Assembly (NCBI GenBank): GCA_030426005.1
Contig: JAUHZM010000001.1
Span: forward strand, 1 to 50,993
Reading direction: 5' to 3'
Length of the DNA stretch: 50,993 bases
DNA from: Gammaproteobacteria bacterium
GTDB lineage: Bacteria > Pseudomonadota > Gammaproteobacteria > Arenicellales > Arenicellaceae
Shown: in pieces, positions 19,610 to 29,233 of the stretch
How positions within the stretch are numbered: position 1 is the stretch's first letter
Layout: each line of letters opens with the position of its first letter
The notes under the pieces: generated by a model
What the model was told of the DNA's origin: nothing
Database searches by the model: none
What the model saw: the letters and a program-made list of their open reading frames with translations, nothing else
Made by a program: the position numbers and the translations under genes

Positions 19610-20499
19610 GGCAATAACTCCGCTAGATTTCGTAATAACAGCTTAAAAGCAGGCGTACCGGGATGGATCCAATCGAAGTGGCCCGCACCTTTGGCAATCT
19701 GTGTTTGGTTTCTCAGGCTTGCCGTTTGTTCGATAGGCACAATCGCATCTAGGTCGCCGTGCAGCAAGCGGGTTGCGGGATGCAACGCGCGGTGAATCGG
19801 ATTCGCCGCCCGATAAGTTTCCGCTTGCGCATCGGGTGTGCCTCCCATAAAAGCAGGCGTGGCTGTCTGACAGCTATTCGTCCCTCGAGCATACTGTGCG
19901 ATGTCGACAATCGCGGCTAAGCCGATGACGCCACGTAGGCGATCAGCGCGCTCACTGCCCGCCAGCAATGCCAAATGCCCGCCTGCGGAATGACCGCTCA
20001 CGACAACGCGGTCCAAATCCAATGGTTTGCCTTCGAGTTGGAACAGTGCGTCAATACCATTCAATACATCAGTAAAGGTGTTGGGCCAACCGCCACCTGG
20101 GTCGCCAGTACGACGATATTCCAGTGACCAAACTGCGTACCCGGAGTGCGTTAAGGCCGTGCTTAAAGCGTGGCTGTGCCCAATGTCAAACTGGTTTAGC
20201 CAACAGCCACCGTGAATAAAAACTACAACTGGATAGCCGGATTCGGGTGGTGGATTGTGCTCGGTGTGGGGTAACCAAAGCTCCGCAGTTTGGAGTTCCG
20301 AGCCACCATATCGGTGTTGCGACGATGGTGTCGATACCGGTAACGCGGTAATTGACGCATACTCAACGTTATTGTCACTGGGTAGGTAACAGAATGACGC
20401 GGTGGATGGTTCTTGTTCAGCGCTGGGCAGTGCAGCACTGAGCGTTGTGGCGGCGAGGCCGCTGCAAAGGAATGCGAATAGCTGACATAAATATTTCAT
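19606..20499 (-). CDS. Alpha/beta hydrolase (HSL-like esterase) with a probable signal peptide
   Basis: HGGCW, GHSAGG nucleophile elbow, HGDLDAIVP and GAGHF; 4-nt overlap with kynU. Confidence 0.88.
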   Translation of the reverse strand: MKYLCQLFAFLCSGLAATTLSAALPSAEQEPSTASFCYLPSDNNVEYASITALPVSTPSSQHRYGGSELQTAELWLPHTEHNPPPESGYPVVVFIHGGCWLNQFDIGHSHALSTALTHSGYAVWSLEYRRTGDPGGGWPNTFTDVLNGIDALFQLEGKPLDLDRVVVSGHSAGGHLALLAGSERADRLRGVIGLAAIVDIAQYARGTNSCQTATPAFMGGTPDAQAETYRAANPIHRALHPATRLLHGDLDAIVPIEQTASLRNQTQIAKGAGHFDWIHPGTPAFKLLLRNLAELLP

Positions 20500-20647
20500 C
20501 CGAGTAGTTTACTGCATTGCTCAGTAAAAGCAGGTCGAATTACCACGAGACAACGACGCGAGCTAATCCGTGCGCGCTTGCACTTTCTAGCTGGTCCGGC
20601 GACACTCACGCCTGTTAAATTTGCTAGTCTACATGGGAGAAGTAATC

Positions 20648-21097
20648 GTGCAGCAACCATACACTCACTATCTACGCGTACGCTACGCAGAATGCGATGC
20701 TCAGGGCGTGGTATTTAACGCGCGCTACGGCGAATACGTTGACGTCGCGGCGACGGAATTCTCACGCGCCGTATGGGGCAATTACCAAGACCTACTAGCA
20801 CGTGGACTGGATACGCAGGTCGTAAAACTCAGTACGTCGTGGAGCGCGCCAGCGAGGTTTGACGATGTACTCGCCATCGCTGTGGAGGTCGCTCATATTG
20901 GCCGGTCATCGTACCGACTGACCCTGAGTCACCGCTGTCATCCCAGTGGTAAGCACATAGCAACGTCTGAGATCACCTATGTCATGGTGGATTGTGATGC
21001 GTATCAATCAACGCCGATCCCAGATGACTTGCGACAGCTGTTGATCGAGGCCGGTGTGGGGCAGGTGAGTAATCACGCCGGTGTTGAGCTGCCTTAA
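20648..21097 (+). CDS. Acyl-CoA thioesterase (4HBT/YbgC hotdog family)
   Basis: RVRYAECDAQGVVFNARY and ARFDD; GTG start after GGAGA. Confidence 0.9.
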   Translation: MQQPYTHYLRVRYAECDAQGVVFNARYGEYVDVAATEFSRAVWGNYQDLLARGLDTQVVKLSTSWSAPARFDDVLAIAVEVAHIGRSSYRLTLSHRCHPSGKHIATSEITYVMVDCDAYQSTPIPDDLRQLLIEAGVGQVSNHAGVELP

Positions 21098-21222
21098 AAA
21101 ACTCAGAAGTTTTCTAAATTTGAATGATTTTCGTTTACCTTAAGCGAATCGTCACGTTCTTACCGCAGCACGGTGGTATTCTAGCCAGCGATTATGGCTT
21201 GAGCTAAATTTTGAGAAAGAGC

Positions 21223-22314
21223 ATGTTGTTAAGAACCTTATTCCTCACCCTTTGTGTTTGGCTGTACGCCGCTACGATACCTGCATTCGCGCAGAATGAT
21301 GGTGGTGCCACCGGCGTGTTTGTGGCCCCCGTCAAACTGGCGTCCTTTTCGGATGACATTGAGGCCCTTGGGACCCTAACGTCGATTCAAAATGTTACCT
21401 TGGCATCCACTGTTACCGAGCTCGTGACCGCGGTACATTTTGGTGATGGGCAACGGGTAAAACAGGGCGACCTGTTGGTTGAGATGGATGCATCTGAAGA
21501 GCTGGCAGAGTTGGCTGAAGAGCAGGCTCTGGTTGAAGAAGCGCGTCGTCAGGTAAACCGATTTGAACCTCTGGCTGGGCGTGGTGCTGCCTCTGAGGCC
21601 GCTCTTGATGAGAGCCGACGCTTACTGAAAACTGCGCAAGCGCGCGTGCAGGCGGTGGAAGCACGGATCGCGCAACGTAAGGTGGTCGCTCCATTTGATG
21701 GCGTGGTTGGTTTACGTCAGATCAGTGTTGGCGCATTAGCGCAGCCGGGTGCCATGATTACCACCATCGACGATGACAGCGTGATGCAGCTGGATTTTTC
21801 AGTGCCGGAATTGTTTTTACGCACGCTGACACCTGGACTAAAAATCTCTGCCAGTGCGGCCGCATTTCCAGGCCAAAGCTACGACGGTGAACTGACCAGT
21901 GTGGATAGTCGAGTCGATCCAATTACCCGTGCCATTACGGCACGCGCGTTAATTCAAAATGAGTCGCGACAACTCAAGCCTGGTTTGCTCATGCGTGTGA
22001 CTTTGCGGAACAATCCGCGTCAGACGCTCGTGGTTCAGGAAGAGGCGATCATTCACAACGCCGATAAAGCCTTTGTACTAGTAGCAAAGCCGGAAGGTGA
22101 TGCGCATCGGGCCGAACGCCGCGAAGTTAAGCTGGGCGTACGTCGTGAGGGCGAAGTCGAAGTGCTCGAAGGTGTGGCCGCCGATGAGTTGGTGGTCGTG
22201 CACGGCACCATGACTGCGCGTGACGGCGGTTTGCTCGCCATTCAGGCGATCGAGAGCAAGGGTGAAACACTCAAGCAAATGTTGGATTCAGCGCCAAGTC
22301 AGGACGCCTCATGA
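21223..22314 (+). CDS. RND efflux periplasmic adaptor (MFP) subunit
   Basis: GQRVKQGDLL, APFDGVVG, DSRVDPITR and LKPGLL. Confidence 0.93.
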   Translation: MLLRTLFLTLCVWLYAATIPAFAQNDGGATGVFVAPVKLASFSDDIEALGTLTSIQNVTLASTVTELVTAVHFGDGQRVKQGDLLVEMDASEELAELAEEQALVEEARRQVNRFEPLAGRGAASEAALDESRRLLKTAQARVQAVEARIAQRKVVAPFDGVVGLRQISVGALAQPGAMITTIDDDSVMQLDFSVPELFLRTLTPGLKISASAAAFPGQSYDGELTSVDSRVDPITRAITARALIQNESRQLKPGLLMRVTLRNNPRQTLVVQEEAIIHNADKAFVLVAKPEGDAHRAERREVKLGVRREGEVEVLEGVAADELVVVHGTMTARDGGLLAIQAIESKGETLKQMLDSAPSQDAS

Positions 22315-25300
22315 TTCTGTCAGATATCTCGGTTAAGCGGCCGGTCTTTGCGGCCGTAATCTCGCTATTGTTGATTGCCTTTGGCTTAGTTTCATTTGAG
22401 CGTTTATCGTTACGCGAATACCCAGACATCGATCCGCCGGTAGTCACTGTGCAAGTTGATTACCCAGGAGCCCCGGCAAATATCGTTGAGACGCGCATCA
22501 CGCAGATTATCGAAGAACGCGTCGCCGGTGTGGCCGGTATCGAGTTTATCGAGTCGACCTCACAAGATGGACGCTCCAATGTGGTGATCGAATTTTCGAT
22601 CAACCGCGACATTGATTCCGCTGCCAACGATGTGCGCGATCGCATCGCAGGCGTCATGGACAACTTGCCGGAAGAAGCTGATCCGCCGGAAGTGCAAAAG
22701 GTCGATAGCAATAATGATGTTATTCTGTGGCAGAACCTAGTCAGTGATCGTTTGACCGTTCCGGAGTTGAGTGATTACGCGCGTCGTTATTTGATTGAAC
22801 AATACTCCGCGCTAGACGGTGTTGCGCGCGTTATTGTTGGAGGCCGCCAAAGCTACGCGATGCGGATTTGGCTCGACCGGCAAGCACTGGCTGCACGAGG
22901 CTTGAGTGTGAGTAATGTCGAGTCGGCCCTACGTGCGGAAAACATTGAACTGCCTGCTGGCTCAATTGAGTCGAATGAAGTGTTGTTTAAAGCACGGGTA
23001 GACCGCAGCTTCAAAACCCCGGACGACTTCGCCAAGTTGGTGTTACGGCAAGGTGAGGATGGCTACCTGGTACGCCTCGGTGACGTGGCACGCGTTGAGA
23101 AGGGTTTAGTGGAAGACCGGACCTTTTTTCGCGGCAATCAAGAGCCGATGGTGGGCTTAGGTATTGTACGCCAGTCTACGGCCAACACCATTGATGTGGC
23201 GCGTGCAGTCAAAGATCTAAGTGCCCGATTAAACAAGAACCTGCCGGAGGGTATGTCGGTCAAGCAGAGTTTCGACGCGTCGATTTTTATCCAGTCTTCG
23301 ATCAACGAGGTGTACAGCACCTTATTTATTGCAATTGCCTGCGTGGTGTTTGTCATCTACCTCTTCTTGGGTAGTTTTCGCGTAATGCTGATTCCTGCGG
23401 TAACGGTGCCAGTTTCGCTGATCGCCACGTTTATCGCCATCTACGCCTTCGGATTTTCTGTCAATCTATTGACCTTGCTGGCTCTAGTACTGGCCATCGG
23501 TCTGGTGGTGGACGACGCGATCGTGGTGTTGGAAAACATCGTGCGTCGAATCCAAGATAAGAAAGAGTCTCCGTTGGTGGCGGCGTATCGAGGTGCGCGT
23601 CAAGTTGGATTCGCGGTGGTAGCAACCACACTGGTATTGATCGCTGTGTTTGTACCAATCACGTTTTTAGAGGGCGACCTTGGGCAATTATTCACCGAGT
23701 TTGCGTTGACGATTGCGGCCGCGGTGGCGTTCTCTTCCTTGGTCGCGCTTACGCTCTCCACCATGTTGGCATCGAAAATTTTGTCAGCCGAGATGCCGAA
23801 GCCCAATCGCTTGGTGGCTGGTGTCGACTCACTATTTCGAAAAACGCGTCGTGCGTATCGTCGAATTTTAGTGCGGACTTTTAAAGCACCGATGATTCCA
23901 TTAGCCGTATTTGGCGTGCTCGTGGTGGTGTCAGGCTTTTTGTACAAAGGTATTGAGCAAGAATTTAGCCCGGCAGAAGATCGCGGAGCCTTCTTCTTAC
24001 TGGTGAATGGCCCGGAAGGTGCCAGTTTTCAATATATCAATGAATACATGACCGAGATTGAAACGCGCTTGATGCCGTTGGTGGAGAGCGGTGAAATCAA
24101 TCGTCTGCTCGTGCGCGCTCCACGGGCCTTCGGGTCAATCGAAAGTTTTAATAGCGGCATTGCCATCGTGATTCTGAATGATTGGTCGCAACGTCGCTCA
24201 GGCTGGGAAATCATGGATGACGTGCGCGAGCGCATTAAAGACTTGCCTGGGGTTAGGGCATTTCCAGTGATGCGTCGCGGTTTCGGTGGTGGTACGCAGA
24301 AGCCGGTGCAGTTTGTGGTCGGCGGTTCGACCTATGAAGAAATCGCCGAATGGGTCGAAGTTCTGAAAGCCAAAATTGAGGAAGATAATCCGGGTTTTCA
24401 GGGACTGGACAGCGACTTCAAACAAACGCGACCGCAGATTGATTTCGTGGTCGATTATGAGCGTGCCGCTGACCTAGGTGTGACCATCGCCGAAATCGGT
24501 CGTACCCTAGAAACCATGATGGGCGGGCGTCGTGTGACCACGTACTTAGAGCGTGGTGAGGAGTATGACGTCATCTTGGAAGGTGAACGCAGTCAGCAGC
24601 GCTCGTTCAATGATATTCAGAATATATACGTGCGGTCAGCGCGCACTAATGAACTGATCCCGTTGTCTAACTTGGTGAAGATTAAGGAATACGGTGCAGC
24701 GAATAGCTTGGCCCGCTTTAACCGAGTGCGTGCCATTACACTGGATGCCAATCTGGCAGATGGGTTTAGTCTAGGTGAGGCATTGGCACACTTGGAAACG
24801 CTGGTGGATGAGCATTTACCTGACGAGGCGGTCGTGGACTACAAAGGTGAGAGTCGCGCGTTTATGACGTCGGGGGGCTCCATCCTGTTTGTGTTTCTGC
24901 TTGGCATCGCGGTGGTGTTTCTGGTCTTAGCAGCGCAATTTGAGAGTTTTCTGCATCCGCTGATAATTTTGACGACCGTGCCACTGACCATCGGTGGGGG
25001 ATTGCTGGGCTTAGCCTTAACCGGGCAGTCACTCAATATCTATTCCCAAATCGGCCTGATTATGTTGGTTGGACTGGCCGCTAAAAACGGAATTTTAATT
25101 GTTGAGTTCGCAAATCAGTTGCGAGATGCTGGGTATCGTTTTCGTCGTGCGATCCTGACGGCCTCGGTGACGCGTTTGCGCCCAATCTTGATGACCGGTT
25201 TAACTACCGTCGCGGGGACGATTCCACTCATTCTAGCCAGTGGCGCCGGCGCAGAGACACGCCTAGTGATTGGTACTGTGATTCTTTTTGGTGTGCTCGC

Positions 25301-25424
25301 TTCGACGGCGCTGACGGTGTTTATTGTGCCTGTGGTTTACAGTCTAGTAGCGCGTCGGACAACCTCACCCAATGAAGTTGCCCGACAGCTTGAGACGGAG
25401 GTCGGCGCCACACGCCGTGCTTAA
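22311..25424 (+). CDS. RND efflux permease (AcrB/MdtB-like)
   Basis: 1037 aa; KRPVFA, REYPDID.P, GLVVDDAIVVLENI, KNGILIVEFANQ and RLRPILMT. Confidence 0.96.
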   Translation: MILSDISVKRPVFAAVISLLLIAFGLVSFERLSLREYPDIDPPVVTVQVDYPGAPANIVETRITQIIEERVAGVAGIEFIESTSQDGRSNVVIEFSINRDIDSAANDVRDRIAGVMDNLPEEADPPEVQKVDSNNDVILWQNLVSDRLTVPELSDYARRYLIEQYSALDGVARVIVGGRQSYAMRIWLDRQALAARGLSVSNVESALRAENIELPAGSIESNEVLFKARVDRSFKTPDDFAKLVLRQGEDGYLVRLGDVARVEKGLVEDRTFFRGNQEPMVGLGIVRQSTANTIDVARAVKDLSARLNKNLPEGMSVKQSFDASIFIQSSINEVYSTLFIAIACVVFVIYLFLGSFRVMLIPAVTVPVSLIATFIAIYAFGFSVNLLTLLALVLAIGLVVDDAIVVLENIVRRIQDKKESPLVAAYRGARQVGFAVVATTLVLIAVFVPITFLEGDLGQLFTEFALTIAAAVAFSSLVALTLSTMLASKILSAEMPKPNRLVAGVDSLFRKTRRAYRRILVRTFKAPMIPLAVFGVLVVVSGFLYKGIEQEFSPAEDRGAFFLLVNGPEGASFQYINEYMTEIETRLMPLVESGEINRLLVRAPRAFGSIESFNSGIAIVILNDWSQRRSGWEIMDDVRERIKDLPGVRAFPVMRRGFGGGTQKPVQFVVGGSTYEEIAEWVEVLKAKIEEDNPGFQGLDSDFKQTRPQIDFVVDYERAADLGVTIAEIGRTLETMMGGRRVTTYLERGEEYDVILEGERSQQRSFNDIQNIYVRSARTNELIPLSNLVKIKEYGAANSLARFNRVRAITLDANLADGFSLGEALAHLETLVDEHLPDEAVVDYKGESRAFMTSGGSILFVFLLGIAVVFLVLAAQFESFLHPLIILTTVPLTIGGGLLGLALTGQSLNIYSQIGLIMLVGLAAKNGILIVEFANQLRDAGYRFRRAILTASVTRLRPILMTGLTTVAGTIPLILASGAGAETRLVIGTVILFGVLASTALTVFIVPVVYSLVARRTTSPNEVARQLETEVGATRRA

Positions 25425-27661
25425 CTGAAGCGCACGTGTTTGCTGAACGGTAATTCGCGAATTCGTTTTCCGGTTGCCGCGAAAATTGCATTACCGAGTG
25501 CTGGCGCGGCCGGGGGCACGCCAGGCTCACCAATACCGCGAACTTGGTCGCCGTTTTCCAACACCTGCACTTCAATGTCAGGGGCTTGGTTAAACCGCAT
25601 AGATGGGTAATTGTGGAAGTTGCGTTGCTGCACTTCACCGTCTTTGACGGTAATTTCGCCCATCATCGCCGCAGCTAGACCGAAATTCATCCCGCCCATC
25701 ACCTGCGCCTTTACGTTGCGCGGATCCAGTGCGACGCCAACATCGACGGCAGCCCAAGCTTCGATCAGTTTGATGGTGTCGTCAACTGCGGCCACTTCGA
25801 TTACCTGCGCGGTGGGCACACCAAAAGACAATACAAAGGCAAGGCCCAGACCGTGCCCGTCTGGCAGTGCGCGACCCCAGTTCGATTGCTCCGCAACCGA
25901 TTCTAGGACTTTACGAGATACGTCGTGGTTGATTAACTGAAGTCGCATTTCCAGCGGGTCTAAGCCTCCAGCATGGGCGATCTCGTCCATCATGCTCTCG
26001 TGAAAGAAACCATTTTGAGAGCCGCCAACTGAGCGCCAGGAACTGACCGGAAACGCCTTAGGTGTGCGGTACCCCGTAACACGATAGTTTTGAATGCTGT
26101 AGGGTTGGTCCCATGCCGCTTGGACAATCATAATGTCTGGTCCAGCCACTGGTACGCCTAAGCGGCCCATTTGAGACTCAGCCACAGACGGCGCCGCAAG
26201 GTGTAAATCGCAGGTGTCGATCGTATTGTTCGCGAGTTTGGCTTTGAAACGCGCGACTGCCATAGGGCGATAGAAATCGTGACTGGTATCTTCCTCGCGT
26301 GTCCACGTCGTTTTAACCGGCGTGCCTTCAAACTCTTTGGCGATGTGGATGGCCTGAATCACAAAATCCATCTCGGCACGTCGACCGAAGCCGCCGCCCA
26401 TCAAGGTGGTGTGTACCCGGATATTTTCTTCATCTAAGCCTGTGATGGCCGCACCTTCTTTCAGTGCTTGGGTCGGTAGTTGATTACCAGCCCAGATATC
26501 CAATTTACCGTCGCGTAACCAAGCTGTGGCGTTCAATGGTTCCATGGCCGCATGTGCCAAGTACGGAACCTGATACTCTGCTTCGATTATCTCTCCCGAT
26601 TGCAAGGCTTGTTCGACATCACCATCGTCGCGAAATTGGCTGTCCTGATGGTCTGGTGACAGGCTGTCTTGTACCGCAGCCAACAGCCCGTTAGTGTCAT
26701 TGGAATAACTCGCATTTGCCCAGTTGCATTGCACGGCATTGACCGCTTTAAAGGCATACCAGGTATTGGTAGCGACCGCCGCAACGCCATTATTGACTTG
26801 GAATATTCGCTTTACGCCCGGCATGGCTTCAGCCTTGCTGGCGTCAAATGATGTCATCGGTGCGCCGAGTCGCGGATTCATTCTCACCGAGGCATACAGC
26901 ATGTCAGGTAACTCGACATCGATGCTGAACTCGGCTGTGCCGGTTGATTTGGCGACCATGTCGACTCGTGGCATGGACTTGCCCAGCAGTTTCCATTGAG
27001 ATCTGGATTTGAGTACGGGCTCTTTGGGTGGTTCAATGTTAGCGGCTGTCACCGCTAAGTCCGTGTAGGCCACGCTGCGACCATCGCTGGCGAGGATCGT
27101 GCCATCGTTGGCCGACAATTGACTGGTCGGTACATTTAATTGCGCACTCGCTGCTTGCAGCAAAACCTCGCGCGCAGCTGCCCCGGCTGTCCGCATCTTA
27201 TAAAACGCATCGGGTATGGATGACGAGCCACCGGTGATTTGTAGTCCTAGAAACTTGGCTGGAACTTTGGTGAAACCGCGCACCATCTCAGCCGTCCGGC
27301 TGACGTCAGTCGCTGCGAAAGGAATGCCTTCTTCGAGTACCGCAGCATTGAAATACGCATTAGATGCAGGGCCGTGCAGCACCTTGATGGCGTCTAAACT
27401 GACTTCGAGTTCTTCTGCGACTAGGGCGGCCAATGTGGTGTGCACACCCTGACCCATCTCTGCGCGCGGTGCGATGATGCTCACGCCTTGTTGGTCAATA
27501 ATGACGTAGGGCGTGAGCGCGGTGGCGCTGTCGTCAAGGTCCGCTTCAAGAGGGTTATCAATGGGTTGTTTGTATTTCCAGTAGCCAAACGCCACGCCGC
27601 CTGCGATGGCCACGGAACCGACCAAAAAGGTACGGCGCGTAATTTTGCCTAAGGTACTCAT
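25421..27661 (-). CDS. Xanthine dehydrogenase family molybdopterin-binding subunit (IorB-like)
   Basis: Start reassigned to ATG 27661 ([13 protein letters not shown], twin-Arg-like). Motifs RAEMGQG, TGGSSS, HAAMEP, GGGFGRR, WRSVG and GIGEPGVPP. Confidence 0.92.
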   Translation of the reverse strand: MSTLGKITRRTFLVGSVAIAGGVAFGYWKYKQPIDNPLEADLDDSATALTPYVIIDQQGVSIIAPRAEMGQGVHTTLAALVAEELEVSLDAIKVLHGPASNAYFNAAVLEEGIPFAATDVSRTAEMVRGFTKVPAKFLGLQITGGSSSIPDAFYKMRTAGAAAREVLLQAASAQLNVPTSQLSANDGTILASDGRSVAYTDLAVTAANIEPPKEPVLKSRSQWKLLGKSMPRVDMVAKSTGTAEFSIDVELPDMLYASVRMNPRLGAPMTSFDASKAEAMPGVKRIFQVNNGVAAVATNTWYAFKAVNAVQCNWANASYSNDTNGLLAAVQDSLSPDHQDSQFRDDGDVEQALQSGEIIEAEYQVPYLAHAAMEPLNATAWLRDGKLDIWAGNQLPTQALKEGAAITGLDEENIRVHTTLMGGGFGRRAEMDFVIQAIHIAKEFEGTPVKTTWTREEDTSHDFYRPMAVARFKAKLANNTIDTCDLHLAAPSVAESQMGRLGVPVAGPDIMIVQAAWDQPYSIQNYRVTGYRTPKAFPVSSWRSVGGSQNGFFHESMMDEIAHAGGLDPLEMRLQLINHDVSRKVLESVAEQSNWGRALPDGHGLGLAFVLSFGVPTAQVIEVAAVDDTIKLIEAWAAVDVGVALDPRNVKAQVMGGMNFGLAAAMMGEITVKDGEVQQRNFHNYPSMRFNQAPDIEVQVLENGDQVRGIGEPGVPPAAPALGNAIFAATGKRIRELPFSKHVRFS

Positions 27662-28152
27662 GCCGTGCCCTCCGACTCGTTTTGCACTGGAACGGATTCC
27701 GATCGCAACGCTTCGGCCGCGCTTTTCACCGCTGCGCGAATCTTGGGGTAGGTACCACAGCGGCACAGGTTGCCTGACATAGCAGTATCGATCTCGGCAT
27801 CCGACGGGTTATTGTTGGCCGCAAGTAAGGCGGCGGCCGACATGATTTGTCCAGATTGGCAATAGCCGCACTGGGCAACTTGATGTTCGATCCACGCTTT
27901 TTGTAAGGTGTGCAAGGCATCGGGTTGTCCTAGGCCTTCAATGGTGGTCACTGGACCTTGGACTGCAGATGCTGGATACGAACAAGCGCGCACCGGGCGG
28001 CCATCAATGTGTACCGTACAAGCGCCGCACATGGCGATACCGCAACCAAATTTTGGACCCTTAATGCCCAATTCGTCGCGCAGCACCCAGAGCAATGGCA
28101 TGTCTGGTGTGACATCGACGTCGTATTCCTGCTCATTGACAACGAGCTTCAT
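27658..28152 (-). CDS. (2Fe-2S)-binding small subunit (IorA-like)
   Basis: [22 protein letters not shown] and NLCRCGTY. Confidence 0.95.
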   Translation of the reverse strand: MKLVVNEQEYDVDVTPDMPLLWVLRDELGIKGPKFGCGIAMCGACTVHIDGRPVRACSYPASAVQGPVTTIEGLGQPDALHTLQKAWIEHQVAQCGYCQSGQIMSAAALLAANNNPSDAEIDTAMSGNLCRCGTYPKIRAAVKSAAEALRSESVPVQNESEGTA

Positions 28153-28245
28153 GGTTTACCTCCCGACCCTCTAATTAATGTGTGGTTTCGAAGTAATCAT
28201 ACACTTCGTCGAGTATAAATTGTATGGTCTTGCGCTTGTCTCGGA

Positions 28246-29085
28246 TTAGTCAGCCATGTGTTTGGCGTGAAACGCGATATGTTCGCCGATAAAGCTGGCA
28301 ATAAAGAAGTAGGAATGGTCGTAGCCTTCCTGCATGCGAATCTCTATTGGATACTCGGCGGCTTTGGCTGCGTCGACCAATAGTTCGGTTTTTAACTGCG
28401 ATGCTAAGAAGTTATCTCCTGTGCCTTGATCCACTAAGATCGGCAAACGTTGTTCGGCCTCACTCAGTAGCGCACAGGTATCGTATTGCAGCCAGGCACT
28501 GCGGTCCTCGCCTAGGTAGTGCGTGAAGGCTTTCTCGCCCCAAGGACATTGGCTGGGCGCAACAATCGGCGCGAAGGCTGACACTGATTTAAATCGGGCC
28601 GGGTTTCTAAGTGCGATAGTCAGTGCGCCATGCCCACCCATGGAGTGACCTGAGATGGCTTGCCGTTCGGCGTCGACTGGAAAATTTTTCTCAATGAGTG
28701 CCGGCAACTCAGTCGCGATGTAATCGAGCATTTGGTAGTTCGCAGACCACGGTGATTGTGTTGCATTCAAATAGAATCCGGCGCCCAAACCAAAGTCCCA
28801 GCTGCCGTCCGGATCATCCGGAACATGGTCACCGCGTGGGCTGGTGTCGGGGCACACAATGGCGATACCGTGCTGTGCTGCGTAGGCTTGCGCACCAGCT
28901 TTGGTGACGAAGTTCTGATCCGTGCAGGTTAACCCAGAGAGCCAATACAATACGGGCACCGGACCGGATTCGGCCTGCGGTGGCAGATAAATCGAGAAGG
29001 TCATCTCGCAAGCCAGGGCTTGGGATTGGTGTGTGTATTGCTGTTGTTGTCCACCGAATGATTTGATATCGGAACTCAATTGCAT
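28246..29085 (-). CDS. fghA: S-formylglutathione hydrolase
   Basis: LYWLSGLTC, PDTSPRG, GHSMGGHGAL and GYDHSYFFI. Confidence 0.95.
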   Translation of the reverse strand: MQLSSDIKSFGGQQQQYTHQSQALACEMTFSIYLPPQAESGPVPVLYWLSGLTCTDQNFVTKAGAQAYAAQHGIAIVCPDTSPRGDHVPDDPDGSWDFGLGAGFYLNATQSPWSANYQMLDYIATELPALIEKNFPVDAERQAISGHSMGGHGALTIALRNPARFKSVSAFAPIVAPSQCPWGEKAFTHYLGEDRSAWLQYDTCALLSEAEQRLPILVDQGTGDNFLASQLKTELLVDAAKAAEYPIEIRMQEGYDHSYFFIASFIGEHIAFHAKHMAD

Positions 29086-29182
29086 GAAGAAGCCTCATTG
29101 CTAATTAGTTGAATTGCCAGCAGTGTAGCGGTTGCTCGTGTCGGCGACCAGTGCCGGATTAAATTGTCGGAGTGTCGGAAAT

Positions 29183-29212
29183 AAAAAAGGGCATGCTAGG
29201 CATGCCCTTTTT
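29183..29212 (-). terminator. Rho-independent (probably bidirectional) terminator after the TonB-dependent receptor
   Basis: AAAAAAGGGCATGC-TAG-GCATGCCCTTTTT: perfect stem flanked by A and T tracts. Confidence 0.9.
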
Positions 29213-29233
29213 CGAAAAGCCGTCTTGGACGGT

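Noticed and set aside
28170-28235. Possible operator upstream of the IorA-like gene (CGAAGT-N8-ACTTCG)
   Set aside because: Only 6-bp arms and no regulator gene nearby; indistinguishable from chance.
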